64,000 nt of DNA from Octopus sinensis (GCF_006345805.1 NC_043002.1:105648001-105712000); one strand, 5' to 3'. Counted from the stretch's first letter, positions 26,996-41,335 are shown. Notes: generated by a model from the letters alone, not told the origin. Made by a program: numbers and translations.

Positions 26996-27360
26996 TATGA
27001 GGTGTGATCAAAATGTATCAGAACTGATGCCCTAAAAAGTAAACCACAGCACACATCAATTCAAGGTAGTCCTCTTATGAAGCTATACACTTTATTCAGC
27101 ATCGTTTCCACTACTGGGAACTTTCCTCGAAGTCCCTTTTTCTTTTAGGATTACGAGATTTTGCCTAATCATATTCTTTTGGATTTACCGGGCGTCTTGA
27201 AATCTTCCTTTCAAGTGGGATTCCTTCCAAGCCTTAGTTTCGGGGTCATAGCCATAAATAAACTCATGATTCCTCACGTGTTATGACTGTTTTCAAAAGA
27301 GTTCCTCTTCTTCGACACAGTCAAGAAGATCACGTGCAACAAAATCCCGGTCTTCTTTTT
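26996..27360 (-). mobile_element. Decayed mariner-like remnant
   Basis: TA + TGAGGTGTGATCAAAA terminal motif typical of mariner TIRs, followed by eroded transposase-like sequence. Confidence 0.45.
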
Positions 27361-27483
27361 GAGATGTCCACTCTCCACAAAAGTGTTTCTCAACCTTTTT
27401 ACTTGTCTCAACGAAACCCTGCACAATAAAAACGAATTACCATATCTTCCTCATATTTTTTTCATCGTAGTTTACGTGGTAAT

Positions 27484-27530
<47 letters not shown>

Positions 27531-27795
27531 AAAAATTCAGGGTGAATACTTGATAATTGTAAGCACCTGTGTATACCATTTAGTGGTGTAGGTGGTACTA
27601 ACCCTAACCCTAACCCTAGGCATCATCTTTTTATTTTGATTAATATATATATATATATATATATATATTTAATTCCAAGCAGTACTATAAACAACAGAAG
27701 TGAGTAAAAACAATCTGAGGCAAGCGGCTTCACTTTGCATACTTTAGCTCCGTTATCATATATAAAAAAAATACATCTGTGAGTGTGTGTGTGTA

Positions 27796-27853
<58 letters not shown>

Positions 27854-27855
<2 letters not shown>

Positions 27856-28195
27856 CGCAGGAGTGGCTGTGTGGTAAGTAGCTTGCTTACCAACCACATG
27901 GTTCCGGGTTCAGTCCCACTGCGTGGCATCTTGGGAAAGTGTCTTCTGCTATAGCCTCGGGCCGACAAATGCCTTGTGAGTGGATTTGGTAGACGGAAAC
28001 TGAAAGAAGCCTGTCGTATATATGTATATATATATATATATGTGTGTATGTAACTTAGCGGTTCGGCAAAAGAGACCGATAGAATAAGTACTGGGCTTAC
28101 AAAGAATAAGTCTCAGGGTCGATTTGCTCGACTAAAGGCGGTGCTCCAGCATGGCCGCAGTCAAATGACTGAAATAAGTAAAAGAGTAAAAGAGT
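27854..28195 (+). mobile_element. tRNA-derived SINE family B
   Basis: GGCGCAGGAGTGGCTGTGTGGTAAG...GGTTCAGTCCC head, internal (TA/TG)n, tail ending in AGTAAAAG repeats. Confidence 0.85.
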
Positions 28196-28374
28196 ATATA
28201 TATATATATATATTCATATGTAAGCTAAGTCAAGAAAAAACGCACTCGTATATCTATCAGTAGAGTGGGTCTATTAATCGGAGTATACACTATTATATAT
28301 CCATTGCAGCCGATCTTACCCATCGGTTTCGCATTAGGGGTTCAACATATATATATATATAGAGAGAGAGAGAG

Positions 28375-29480
28375 AGGGTATGGTCAAAAACTATATGCAT
28401 TCTTGTTTTCGTAGTTTCTTAAAGCAAATGCAAGGGTAGAGCAATTACAACATTTTTCAACATAGTCTCCTTACATTTTGATGTACTTCTTTCAGCGGTC
28501 CACAACTTTATTTCATAGGTGAAGGAGGTCTTCCGTTGGTCGTGTAGCCATTTATGCACCACTTCCTGTTGTTGCATCCGTAGCAAATAAACGTCCTCCT
28601 AAAAGATGTCTGAGCTGTCCAAAGAGGTGATAGTCGGAATGGGCGAGATCTGGACCATATGCAGGGTGTTCAACCGACTCGGATCGCAGTTTTCAGTGTT
28701 TTCCACGGCGTAGACGGTAGAATGTGGCCGTGCATGTCGTGCAACAATAACACTGGCTTTGAGAATAGAAATCGGTGTTTGGTGCGAATTGCGGGTTTCC
28801 GTTTGTTGGCCAGCATTTCATGTAGCTGACGCTGGCGACGGTTGTTCCGTCTTCCAGCTAATGTTCCTGCACGGACCCTTTTGCGTCTCAAAAAACGGTT
28901 CGTGTCAGTTTTTCTGCGTGAGGTTGAATCTTGAATTTCATTTTTGTTGGCGATTTAGGGTGTTTCCTGCCACTCTCTGCTTTTTGAATTCTGACTGAAA
29001 GTGATGGACCCAGATCTCAACTGGTAGGTTTATGACTATTCTCTCCAGAAAAACTTCGCCTTCAACGTTATAGTGGTCGCGTAAATCAGATCTCTACAGA
29101 GATCTCTACACGATGGCGCTTATGCGCTTCAGTAAACTCTTTTGGCACCCACCTCGCACAGACTTAACGGAAGAGAAGCGGTTCGTGGGTTATTTCGTAT
29201 GCTGAACGATGACTAATTCGCAAAGAACATGTTACTTTTTCGATGGTCACTCGCCGGTTCGTCAGAACCATCTCTCGTGTTTGTTGAATCTTTACGTTAG
29301 TGATGGAAGTTGATGGACGTCCTACTCCCTGTTCGTGCTTCACGTTTGTCCGGCCATTAAACTTCTCGATCTACTTATAGTCATACATACTTCTATGCGG
29401 CAACAAGACGTTCTTATCAGAAGATGAGACTGAGAAGCTTTTGAGAAGTTAAAGACCTTGGAAAGACTAATGAGGTAACA
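28375..29480 (-). mobile_element. Decayed mariner transposon
   Basis: HPAYGPDLAHSDYHLFG (YSPDLAPSD motif) and PVLLLHD on the minus strand. Confidence 0.8.
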
Positions 29481-29639
29481 AACGAAATCAATAACGAAGG
29501 GGATTAAAGGAAAACTGTTCCTCAAAAATAGAAATATATGTACATGTGCGAATGTGTGTGTGCCTGTGCGAATGTGTGCGTGCCTGTGCGAATGTGTGTG
29601 TGCCTGTGCGAATGTGTGTACCTGTGCGAATGTGTGTGT

Positions 29640-30553
29640 GTGTGTGTGTGTGTGCGTGTGTGTGTGTGTGTGTGCATAGGAACATGTGTATATATGTTTG
29701 TCTGTCTGTCTATGTATCCCCATTTAATACTTTGGGTTTTCTGTTAGTAGAGCGAGTCTACCCGCATTCTTTAAATGCATACTGAAAGTCGAGGGAGGAC
29801 AGATATGTTATGTGATATTAAAAGTGATATATACATCAAGGAGGAGAACATAAAATGGTGGGAGATGCACAATCATAGTGATGCGGTTAAGGAGTTTGCT
29901 TTACAAATACATAATTGCGAGTTCGATTCCAGGTTCTTATATAGTGGACAAAGTGTTTTCCACGAAAGCCTTGAGGAGTTTGATAAACTAAAACCGTGAC
30001 GTTGAGTCTTTACGTGGAGCGTTACACTTGTGAAGCAGCAAATTAAATCAGTCACCCCCGTTGAGTACTACTAACAGAATCTTCAGTAGTCTTAGCCGAG
30101 TTCACTCTAAAGCACCCAGACCAGTCTCCTAGACTGAGAATAACTTCTGCTTTGCTTTGACCGATCACTGAGAGCATACAAAAGGTCATGATCGCTATAT
30201 TTCTTCCTTTCACTAAAAGATAAAATATATTTGACAGTTTGTTTGTGGAGAAGCTGTAAATGAATGTGTATGCGTATATACAACAAACAACTTTCGCTGT
30301 ATAAATAAATATAGGAGTTGATAATGACCAAGCGAATCTGGTCGAGTTGACTTTTGCTTCTTTCTGCGGAGAGAACCCTGTATTTTAACTACCACGTCTA
30401 TTTCTGTTTACACAGTGAGGATAAATGTGTATTTAATTAACATACGAATAAAAATTTCTTTACGATTTATCTACAAACACAATCTCATATCATTAAAATA
30501 TACACGTATAAAAATGTGCATATATATTTATATACACTGTAAATGTATGTATG

Positions 30554-30602
<49 letters not shown>

Positions 30603-31497
30603 GTGTGTGTGTGTGTGTGCATAGGAACATGTGTATATATGTTTGTCTGTCTGTCTATGTATCCCCATTTAATACTTTGGGTTTTCTGTTAGTAGAGCGA
30701 GTCTACCCGCATTCTTTAAATGCATACTGAAAGTCGAGGGAGGACAGATATGTTATGTGATATTAAAAGTGATATATACATCAAGGAGGAGAACATAAAA
30801 TGGTGGGAGATGCACAATCATAGTGATGCGGTTAAGGAGTTTGCTTTACAAATACATAATTGCGAGTTCGATTCCAGGTTCTTATATAGTGGACAAAGTG
30901 TTTTCCACGAAAGCCTTGAGGAGTTTGATAAACTAAAACCGTGACGTTGAGTCTTTACGTGGAGCGTTACACTTGTGAAGCAGCAAATTAAATCAGTCAC
31001 CCCCGTTGAGTACTACTAACAGAATCTTCAGTAGTCTTAGCCGAGTTCACTCTAAAGCACCCAGACCAGTCTCCTAGACTGAGAATAACTTCTGCTTTGC
31101 TTTGACCGATCACTGAGAGCATACAAAAGGTCATGATCGCTATATTTCTTCCTTTCACTAAAAGATAAAATATATTTGACAGTTTGTTTGTGGAGAAGCT
31201 GTAAATGAATGTGTATGCGTATATACAACAAACAACTTTCGCTGTATAAATAATATAGGAGTTGATAATGACCAAGCGAATCTGGTCGAGTTGACTTTTG
31301 CTTCTTTCTGCGGAGAGAACCCTGTATTTTAACTACCACGTCTATTTCTGTTTACACAGTGAGGATAAATGTGTATTTAATTAACATACGAATAAAAATT
31401 TCTTTACGATTTATCTACAAACACAATCTCATATCATTAAAATATACACGTATAAAAATGTGCATATATATTTATATACACTGTAAATGTATGTATG

Positions 31498-31530
<33 letters not shown>
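29640..31530. repeat. Tandem duplication, 2 x 945 bp
   Basis: Identical ORFs at 29775 and 30720; breakpoints in (TG)n. Confidence 0.92.
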
Positions 31531-31540
<10 letters not shown>

Positions 31541-31584
31541 CTGTTTGTCTGTGACTGTTTGTATGTGTATACACACACACATAA

Positions 31585-32270
31585 TTATTTAGCATGGTCA
31601 GATAAATTCGTTCTTTTCTTGCCAATGTTATTTGAATTAATAGGAAAAGTATTATAACCGAACTGTCTTATGGAGGTTTTTCATTCAATTCCATTCTTCC
31701 GCCACAACATTTGTTTATCGATTTTGAAATTTTTTTAAATTTTACCTCTTTTCGGATAAATAAAGTAGAAAACTAAGATTTGCATTTTTGTCATCTGTTT
31801 CTTTTTTGCTTTCATTCGAGATTCCAAAGCTGCCAAATCCACTGAGGCGTTAGTGTTGAGTATGAAGAAGGAGCCATTACAAACTGCATGGATTTGGATT
31901 CCAAGCTTTAAGGGGGAGAAATTCGACCTCACAGTCTCTCCGTGTTCAGGCCGATCTGTTCATCTCTATGAGGATCGTTCGAAAAAAACACGTCCACGAG
32001 GATCTGCGCCACTCCGCTAGGAATTAGCCCAACACATGGAATGCCCTCAACAATGATGTGGAGCCGAAAATGTGCCTGAATGAATTCTTCGAGTGAACAC
32101 TCTTGATTTCTACATACAGTCAAGGCATTGGCAAGTTTGTAGAACATTGGTAAGAAGTCGTAAATAATGAAGAAGATATTACTGACTGATTTGTTAAAAT
32201 AGTTGATGAAAAATAAGGATTCAAATAAATAGACAATAACGAACAATAACGAAAATGTCATCACCCTATT
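31585..32270 (+). mobile_element. Internally deleted mariner remnant (second copy about 33200-33890)
   Basis: C-terminal transposase-like SQGIGKFVEHW*EVVNNEEDITD* near 32115-32188. Confidence 0.55.
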
Positions 32271-32271
32271 A

Positions 32272-33006
32272 TCTACATATAAGACATGATTTGTAGCTTG
32301 GTCATGAAATCTTTCGGAAGGATAACCTCGAGGACAAAGAAATAAGAAACCACAGTATGGTAGAAGCCATAGACACTCATAATAAAAAAAAGAGTACTGG
32401 TGGAATGTCCCAGTGAAAACCTGGGTAAAATATAAACACAACAGACTTGATATAATAATTGAGACATAGAAGAAAAACTGTGTACAGTTGTGGAAATCAG
32501 CTGCTTAGCGGATGTTAATATAAAACTGAAGATCAGTGAAAGAGACCATACCTACGCTAAACTATTGAGAAATCTGCAGTTACTCTATCTGGATTACAAG
32601 TTCAGGTTTATACCTGTAATTATTGGGGCACTGGAACATACTGCCTAAATAGCAATCTTGAGAAATTAGGCTTCTCAAAACCAGAAAAGAGAAAGCTGAT
32701 TCGAAGACTACAACTCATCATTGTAGACTACAAGTCATCATTGGAACTGTAAAAATCTGTAAAGCTTTCCAAAAGTTTATCATTTGAGTATAAATGATCA
32801 TGTCTAGATATGCTAGTATATGCATGAGAATACATACATAAAACAAAACAGACAAATCTGCACGTATACATACATAAATGCATGCATGTATGCATACATA
32901 CATACATACACTTTTGATGCTGAAATTCCAATGAAAGGGTCTTGGATCTAGGATAGGAACTCACTCTTTCTCTATTGGCAAGAAATCTTGAAATAAACTG
33001 AATAAT
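32272..33006 (+). mobile_element. R4/Dong-like LINE 3' end (REL + 3' UTR); second copy about 33891-34625
   Basis: Homologous to the reverse complement of 56548-57270; VVEISCLADVNIKLKISE, KFRFIPVIIGAL. Confidence 0.8.
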
Positions 33007-33125
33007 GACATACATACATATATACACACATATGTATGTATATATGTACGTATATATATACACACACATATGTATGTATATATGTACGTATGAATATATA
33101 CAAATATACATGTATATATTTTATA

Positions 33126-33156
<31 letters not shown>

Positions 33157-34744
33157 CTGTTTGTCTGTGACTGTTTGTATGTGTATACACACACACATAA
33201 TTATTTAGCATGGTCAGATAAATTCGTTCTTTTCTTGCCAATGTTATTTGAATTAATAGGAAAAGTATTATAACCGAACTGTCTTATGGAGGTTTTTCAT
33301 TCAATTCCATTCTTCCGCCACAACATTTGTTTATCGATTTTGAAATTTTTTTAAATTTTACCTCTTTTCGGATAAATAAAGTAGAAAACTAAGATTTGCA
33401 TTTTTGTCATCTGTTTCTTTTTTGCTTTCATTCGAGATTCCAAAGCTGCCAAATCCACTTGAGGCGTTAGTGTTGAGTATGAAGAAGGAGCCATTACAAA
33501 CTGCATGGATTTGGATTCCAAGCTTTAAGGGGGAGAAATTCGACCTCACAGTCTCTCCGTGTTCAGGCCGATCTGTTCATCTCTATGAGGATCGTTCGAA
33601 AAAAACACGTCCACGAGGATCTGCGCCACTCCGCTAGGGAATTAGCCCAACACATGGAATGCCCTCAACAATGATGTGGAGCCGAAAATGTGCCTGAATG
33701 AATTCTTCGAGTGAACACTCTTGATTTCTACATACAGTCAAGGCATTGGCAAGTTTGTAGAACATTGGTAAGAAGTCGTAAATAATGAAGAAGATATTAC
33801 TGACTGATTTGTTAAAATAGTTGATGAAAAATAAGGATTCAAATAAATAGACAATAACGAACAATAACGAAAATGTCATCACCCTATTATCTACATATAA
33901 GACATGATTTGTAGCTTGGTCATGAAATCTTTCGGAAGGATAACCTCGAGGACAAAGAAATAAGAAACCACACTATGGTAGAAGCCATAGACACTCATAA
34001 TAAAAAAAAGAGTACTGGTGGAATGTCCCAGTGAAAACCTGGGTAAAATATAAACACAACAGACTTGATATAATAATTTGAGACATAGAAGAAAAACTGT
34101 GTACAGTTGTGGAAATCAGCTGCTTAGCGGATGTTAATATAAAACTGAAGATCAGTGAAAGAGACCATACCTACGCTAAACTATTGAGAAATCTGCAGTT
34201 ACTCTATCTGGATTACAAGTTCAGGTTTATACCTGTAATTATTGGGGCACTGGAACATACTGCCTAAATAGCAATCTTGAGAAATTAGGCTTCTCAAAAC
34301 CAGAAAAGAGAAAGCTGATTCGAAGACTACAACTCATCATTGTAGACTACAAGTCATCATTGGAACTGTAAAAATCTGTAAAGCTTTCCAAAAGTTTATC
34401 ATTTGAGTATAAATGATCATGTCTAGATATGCTAGTATATGCATGAGAATACATACATAAAACAAAACAGACAAATCTGCACGTATACATACATAAATGC
34501 ATGCATGTATGCATACATACATACATACACTTTTGATGCTGAAATTCCAATGAAAGGGTCTTGGATCTAGGATAGGAACTCACTCTTTCTCTATTGGCAA
34601 GAAATCTTGAAATAAACTGAATAATGACATACATACATATATACACACATATGTATGTATATATGTACGTATATATATACACACACATATGTATGTATAT
34701 ATGTACGTATGAATATATACAAATATACATGTATATATTTTATA

Positions 34745-34782
<38 letters not shown>

Positions 34783-34791
34783 TGTGTGTGT

Positions 34792-35020
34792 GGAGACGTG
34801 TGGCTTAGTCGTTAAGGTTTATGATGATAAGATTGAGGTTTCAGTTCCTGGACCGGGCGACACGTTGTGTTCTTGAGCAAAACACTTCATTTCACACTTC
34901 AGTCCACTGAGCTGGCAAAAAGGAGTAACCCTGCGACGGACCGGATTCCCGTGCAAGGCGTAAATATATACACACCGCGGAAACCTGGAAACCGGCTCTC
35001 ATGAGTCCATTGGGCCCGTG
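34792..35020 (+). mobile_element. SINE family C, diverged
   Basis: TGGCTTAGTCGTTAAGG head and TGTGTTCTTGAGCAAAACACTTCATTTCAC core. Confidence 0.7.
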
Positions 35021-35074
35021 AAGTATGCTTTATCTTTGTGTGTGCGTGCGTGTGTGCATGTATGTGCGCGTGCA

Positions 35075-35158
<84 letters not shown>

Positions 35159-35339
35159 CGTGTGTGCAAAAATTAGGTTGTGGATTCGCAGAATCTTTAG
35201 AACATCAAACAGAATATTTGATGTTCAAATACAACCAAAGTTAAATTTGCCCTTCATTCTTCAGCTGAAGTTCGATATTTCACGTCACCCTAAAGAACAT
35301 CTTTAAAAGTACAAGTTAAATTTATTTAGATCTATTACA

Positions 35340-35725
35340 AATTTCAATAAGTAGAACCTCCAAATCTGAATATAAAAGCACTTTTATCATCCAGGCAACT
35401 TTCAAAGACAAACAATTTTCGCTTCGTGAAATCATTAATCAGTTTAGAATAATGAAGCTGAGAGATAAGTTCGTGTTCAATAGACATCATAGACAATCCA
35501 CAAAAGTCATGGAACAATGTAATATTTTTACAATAACTTTTACAGGTACAATGTATTACCATTTTATTTTTTGAAATTTTCAGTTAACATAGTTTAATTC
35601 TTGTTCAACATCTTAACCAAAGTAAAAAGATGACTCATCTACGTATTTTAATCTTAACATGGGGCCCCTCATCTGTGGAGGCCCCCGGGGAAGGCAGGAG
35701 CTGCAGGGGCTTAGCGACGGCACTA
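35340..35725 (-). mobile_element. hAT-family transposon remnant
   Basis: GLSMMSIEHELISQLHYSKLINDFTKRK resembles the end of the hAT C-terminal dimerisation domain; GC-rich GGGGCCCC subterminal region at 35660-35725. Confidence 0.55.
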
Positions 35726-36077
35726 GCTGGAACACCGCCTTGAAGGACGTTTAGTCGAATAAATTGACACTAGTACTTACTTATTAATTTTTAAAGCGTG
35801 GAACTTATTCTATCGGCCTTTTTTGCCGAACCGCTAGAGTTAAGCAACCTAAACACCAACAGCAGGTCTCAAGCGGTGGAGAGGGACAAACAGACACATG
35901 GACACACAAACATGCACACACACGCATATATTTATAAAAAGTGAGAGAGAAAGAGATGAGCGGAGAAGCGATGAAGGCAGATAGTTGTTCATATTTATTA
36001 GACAGCTCCACGGAATACATAACTAAACAAAACTGTTTACACATACACACTACTAATACGTATATGTGTGTGTATTT

Positions 36078-36120
<43 letters not shown>

Positions 36121-36302
36121 TGTGTTTCTGTGTGTACATACATATGGTTGAATCTATCGCCCAACTCTTCGCTTTCACCACAGTGCTTTATTATGTTTTA
36201 CCTTTATCTGTTTCACTATTCTACTCGCCTTTCACTTCCTCATCGAAATGATTTTAATTTAAAGAATTTCTAATCTCCCAGTTCCACCTCTCATTCTTCC
36301 AT

Positions 36303-36378
<76 letters not shown>

Positions 36379-36381
36379 ATT

Positions 36382-36420
<39 letters not shown>

Positions 36421-36826
36421 CTCTCTCCCTCTTAATCGCTAGCTATCTATTTCTGGTGATCGCGTCAAATCAACTGATTTAAAGTTATATGTTGTGGATG
36501 CGGGTTTAAATTACAATCACAAACAAATGTTACCTTTAATTCTCAATTTATAATAAAATTAAATTTCAATTACTAATGGCAGGTAATGAGAGTGCTGCCA
36601 CATGCACACATTTTGACCTGATTGAGGTTCCATTATGCCTTCAAACCTTCTAGGCACTTTCAGGCAAAAAGAACTCTTTAGTATAGTTAATGACAAAGCG
36701 GCCAGTGATCCTTCTGGTGCCAACATAAATATATTTTGCATGGAATACGTCAAAGAGAACCAAACAGTTGAAGATAGCTACAGAAGAAAAGCAACCGATA
36801 TCGAAAGTTGCTAAGCTTTGGTTGGA

Positions 36827-36985
36827 TACATTATTTCCATCATTTACATTTGACGGATATTTGTCCTCATCTTGTTTGTTGATAACACAACATTTCGGCT
36901 GATAATACCCTCCAGCCTTCATGAGGTGTCTTACAGAAATTTCGAACCTGGGTTCTCATTCCTAAGTTATTTTTCGATGTTAATA

Positions 36986-37081
<96 letters not shown>

Positions 37082-37373
37082 TTTTATTATCATTATTATT
37101 ATTATTATTATTATGGTTATTATTATTCAGGTCACTGCCTGGAATTGAACTCGGAATCTTGGAGTTAGTAGCTCGAACTCCTCACCACTATGACATATGC
37201 CACAGGTATATGGCGTAATGGTTAAATTTCCCCAAGACACCTGATGAAGGCTGGAGGGTATATCAGCCGAAACGCTGTGTTAACAACAAACAAGATGAGG
37301 ACAAATATCCGTCAAATGTAAATAATGTAAATAATGTACATAATTCCTCATCTCTTAAATATAGAATTGTATA
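36827..37373. mobile_element. Family D fold-back copy with two mutated hammerheads
   Basis: Minus arm to about 37200, turn at CATATGCCACAGGTATATG, plus arm with HHR at 37236-37281 (GAAACGCU); 10-bp TSD TGGTTGGATA at 36819-36828 and 37374-37383. Confidence 0.82.
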
Positions 37374-37889
37374 TGGTTGGATAGTCCCCTTACTACCCAA
37401 TCCTGATCAAGGTATTTAAGACACACACTAATTTTTAGTTCTACAGTCCTATGAAATTCAAGAACACTTTCTGAAAATATGCTATCAGGGAATCTCACGT
37501 TGCACCTTTTGCTCACAGGAAGGAAAAGAGTTCTGGCGAGGACAAGAACTTACCAGCAATGACGCTTTGTTGTGTTTTTAGGACTTTCCCATTCGGGAAG
37601 AAACATCAGCACGAGTAGCTGTCAACCTGCAAGGGAGGCACAAAGTTCAAGAGACATAATGCTTACAGCCCTTTTTAATCTGTGCCAACACGATTCAAGT
37701 GTAAAAATATGCGCATATCAATATATCAGGACATCCCATAAGTTCTGTCCACGCATGGATGCATGTTTGTATGGATGCATGCATGCATGTATGTATGTAG
37801 GGATGTGTGTGTATACGTATGTGTGTGCAATAAATCATTATGGGACAACGCAACAGATTGGATGAAATCTGTTCCTAAAGGTAAAGTTT

Positions 37890-38140
37890 AGATTAAGTTT
37901 CCTTCCCGAGTCATCCTTACTCTTAAGGGTCGGTTTCCCGGTTTACATGGCGTATACATTCCCCATATTGATGGGACCACGGTCCGTCGCAGAGTTGCTC
38001 CTTTTTTGCCAGCTGAATGGACTGGAGCAATGTGAAATGAAGTGTTTTGCTCAAGAACACAACACATCGCTTGATCCAAGAATCGAAACCACAATCTTAC
38101 GACCATGAACCAACACCCTAACCACTAAGTCACGCGTTTC
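37890..38140 (-). mobile_element. SINE family C, diverged
   Basis: Reverse complement of the 34792-35020 type head and core. Confidence 0.7.
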
Positions 38141-38423
38141 TGCAACCTATCGCTAGAGCAATAAACTCGACGAGTACGTCATGTTTTTTCCTCTAACAGC
38201 TGATTGAATCAGTTTGTATAAGCCGTTAGGAGGCGGTACATGAGGTCTCAGTCAAGTCCCTATTACCGATATCACGTATTTCCTCTTTAACTGCCAGACG
38301 ATGTGTTGGCTGCTATACTGATGCATCTACTGGTTGCATCTATAGTGTGATGCTATGCGTTGCAGAATACTGAAACATATGTAACAGATGAAATATATAA
38401 GCACCAACTCAATATCCAAGTTC

Positions 38424-38505
<82 letters not shown>

Positions 38506-38506
<1 letters not shown>

Positions 38507-38961
38507 CAAATCTAAGTAGAGACTTCAAACCTGAAATCTTCAAAGCCACAGTCGAACCAATTCTACTATATGGCTCAGAAACCTGGACGTTATCAAAGAA
38601 GCTTGAGAGGCGGTTGGATGGAACCTACACTCGCCTCCTTATGAGAGCTCAAAATCTCTCGTGGAAGCTCCATCCAACCAAAATGCAAATATATGGGAAA
38701 CTACCACCTGTGTCATCTCTTGTGAAAAGTAGGAGAGTCCAGTTTGCTGGACATTGTTGTAGAGCTGAAAAAGAAGTAATTTCTACTCTTCTCCTCTGGA
38801 AGCCATCTACTCGCAATACCAGAGGGCGCACTCTCTCCTACCCTGATGTAATCTCCAGGGATACAGGCATCCAGCAACAGGACCTCCGTAATGCCATGAT
38901 GGACCGTGAAGTCTGGCGTAGCATGGTAAATTCCATTGTCTCGACCACGGTCGAACAATGA
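38506..38961 (+). mobile_element. RTE-clade LINE, 5'-truncated 3' end of ORF
   Basis: IFKATVEPILLYGSETWTLSKKLERRLDGTYTRLLMRAQN...RRVQFAGHCCR...RGRTLSYPDVI...AMMDREVWR; followed by (TGA)n(TTA)n. Confidence 0.88.
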
Positions 38962-38967
38962 TGATGG

Positions 38968-39058
<91 letters not shown>

Positions 39059-39068
39059 CATTATTATT

Positions 39069-39121
<53 letters not shown>

Positions 39122-39129
39122 CATTATTA

Positions 39130-39161
<32 letters not shown>

Positions 39162-39163
<2 letters not shown>

Positions 39164-39486
39164 GGCTCAGTGGTTAGAGCGTCGAGCTTACGATCGTGAG
39201 GTTGTGAGCTCGAATCCCGGACCGGGCTGCGTGTTGTGTTCTTGAGCAAGGCACTTTATTTCACGTTGCTCCAGTTCACTCAGCTGTAGAAATGAGTTGC
39301 GACGTCACTGGTGCCAAGCTGTATCGACCTTTGTCTTTCCCTTGGATAACACTGGTGGCGTGGAGAGGGGAGGCTGGTATGCATGGGCGACTGCTGGTCT
39401 TCCATAAACAACCTTGCCCAGACTTGTGTCTAGGAGGGTAACTTTCTAGGTGCAATCCCATGGTCATTCATGACCGAATGGGGTTA
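39162..39486 (+). mobile_element. SINE family C
   Basis: TGGCTCAGTGGTTAGAGC A-box, TCGAATCCC B-box, family C core; homologous reverse copy at about 59195-59490. Confidence 0.82.
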
Positions 39487-39675
39487 CACACACATTATTA
39501 TTATTATTATAATTATTATTATTGCTGTGCTCTTTGTATTATGTCATAGCTCAAATCTGACTGCGGAGGATCTGTGTGTGCAAGTGACGGTGCGAGTTTA
39601 ACGCGATTAACATTTGAGCCGAAACTTCAATGATTTAATTCTAGTGCGTGAGAGGAACCAATCATACGTATGTTT

Positions 39676-39679
<4 letters not shown>

Positions 39680-39734
<55 letters not shown>

Positions 39735-40228
39735 TACATACATACATACATACATACATACATACATACATACATACATACATACATACATACATACATA
39801 CATGCAAGCTCTCACACAACGGCCAGAACAGCCTTTAGCGGATCCGCTCTGTTGCCAGGACTAAGAGTACGTTTTTTGGTGTCAGGGTAACTTGATATGT
39901 TGAGTTGTCTTACTTCCCGCTTACACGAATTAGCTTCTTACTCCCACATTCACAAATCTCAGAGAACTGCAAATAAGTTATTGGCATTGGCACTGTCCTT
40001 CTTCATCTGATAAGCCATTAAAATTGGATATAAATACAACAAAAAAGCATTCGGTCTTCCGCCCTACCAATTCTGTCATTCCAATAATAGAATAAATAAT
40101 GATAAAATGTAAACTGGATTTGCCGTGTCAGTTAGTCGAAGTCTCGGTTCACTGATAACATGTTGAACTTTACTCACACGCACACAACACACACGTACAT
40201 GGATAGATGCGTATGTGTATATATAGAG

Positions 40229-40269
<41 letters not shown>

Positions 40270-40402
40270 CATATATAAAGAAGTAAATATATGGCACAAC
40301 GAAGTACCGATATCGGTACTTCGTTGTGCCATATATTTACTTCTTTGTATATTTTTCCCTCACGGGCTATTCTTTACTGGAAAGCAATACTCTAGTATTG
40401 CA

Positions 40403-40433
<31 letters not shown>

Positions 40434-40984
40434 AATATATATATATACATATACACGCATACACACACACACACAACACACACACACACATACATACATA
40501 CATACATACATACATACATACATACATACATACATACATACATACATACATACATACATGCAAGCTCTCACACAACGGCCAGAACAGCCTTTAGCGGATC
40601 CGCTCTGTTGCCAGGACTAAGAGTACGTTTTTTGGTGTCAGGGTAACTTGATATGTTGAGTTGTCTTACTTCCCGCTTACACGAATTAGCTTCTTACTCC
40701 CACATTCACAAATCTCAGAGAACTGCAAATAAGTTATTGGCATTGGCACTGTCCTTCTTCATCTGATAAGCCATTAAAATTGGATATAAATACAACAAAA
40801 AAGCATTCGGTCTTCCGCCCTACCAATTCTGTCATTCCAATAATAGAATAAATAATGATAAAATGTAAACTGGATTTGCCGTGTCAGTTAGTCGAAGTCT
40901 CGGTTCACTGATAACATGTTGAACTTTACTCACACGCACACAACACACACGTACATGGATAGATGCGTATGTGTATATATAGAG

Positions 40985-41029
<45 letters not shown>

Positions 41030-41160
41030 CATATATAAAGAAGTAAATATATGGCACAACGAAGTACCGATATCGGTACTTCGTTGTGCCATATATTTAC
41101 TTCTTTGTATATTTTTCCCTCACGGGCTATTCTTTACTGGAAAGCAATACTCTAGTATTG

Positions 41161-41211
<51 letters not shown>

Positions 41212-41335
41212 TAAGAAGTAAATATATGGCACAACGAAGTACCGATATCGGTACTTCGTTGTGCCATATATTTACTTCTTTGTATATTTTTCCCTCACGG
41301 GCTATTCTTTACTGGAAAGCAATACTCTAGTATTG

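Larger units (their letters stand above)
31530..34780. repeat. Tandem duplication, 2 x about 1.62 kb
   Basis: CTGTTTGTCTGTGACTG at 31541 and 33157; identical ORFs at 32718 and 34337; breakpoints in (TG)n. Confidence 0.92.

Noticed and set aside
27598-27618. (TAACCC)3 telomere-type repeat
   Set aside because: Only about three units, interstitial; too short to indicate a telomere or fusion site
28300-28345. Minus-strand GCGAAACCGATGGGTA, like the 3' half of a hammerhead
   Set aside because: No CUGANGA upstream before the (TA)n tract; cannot be called
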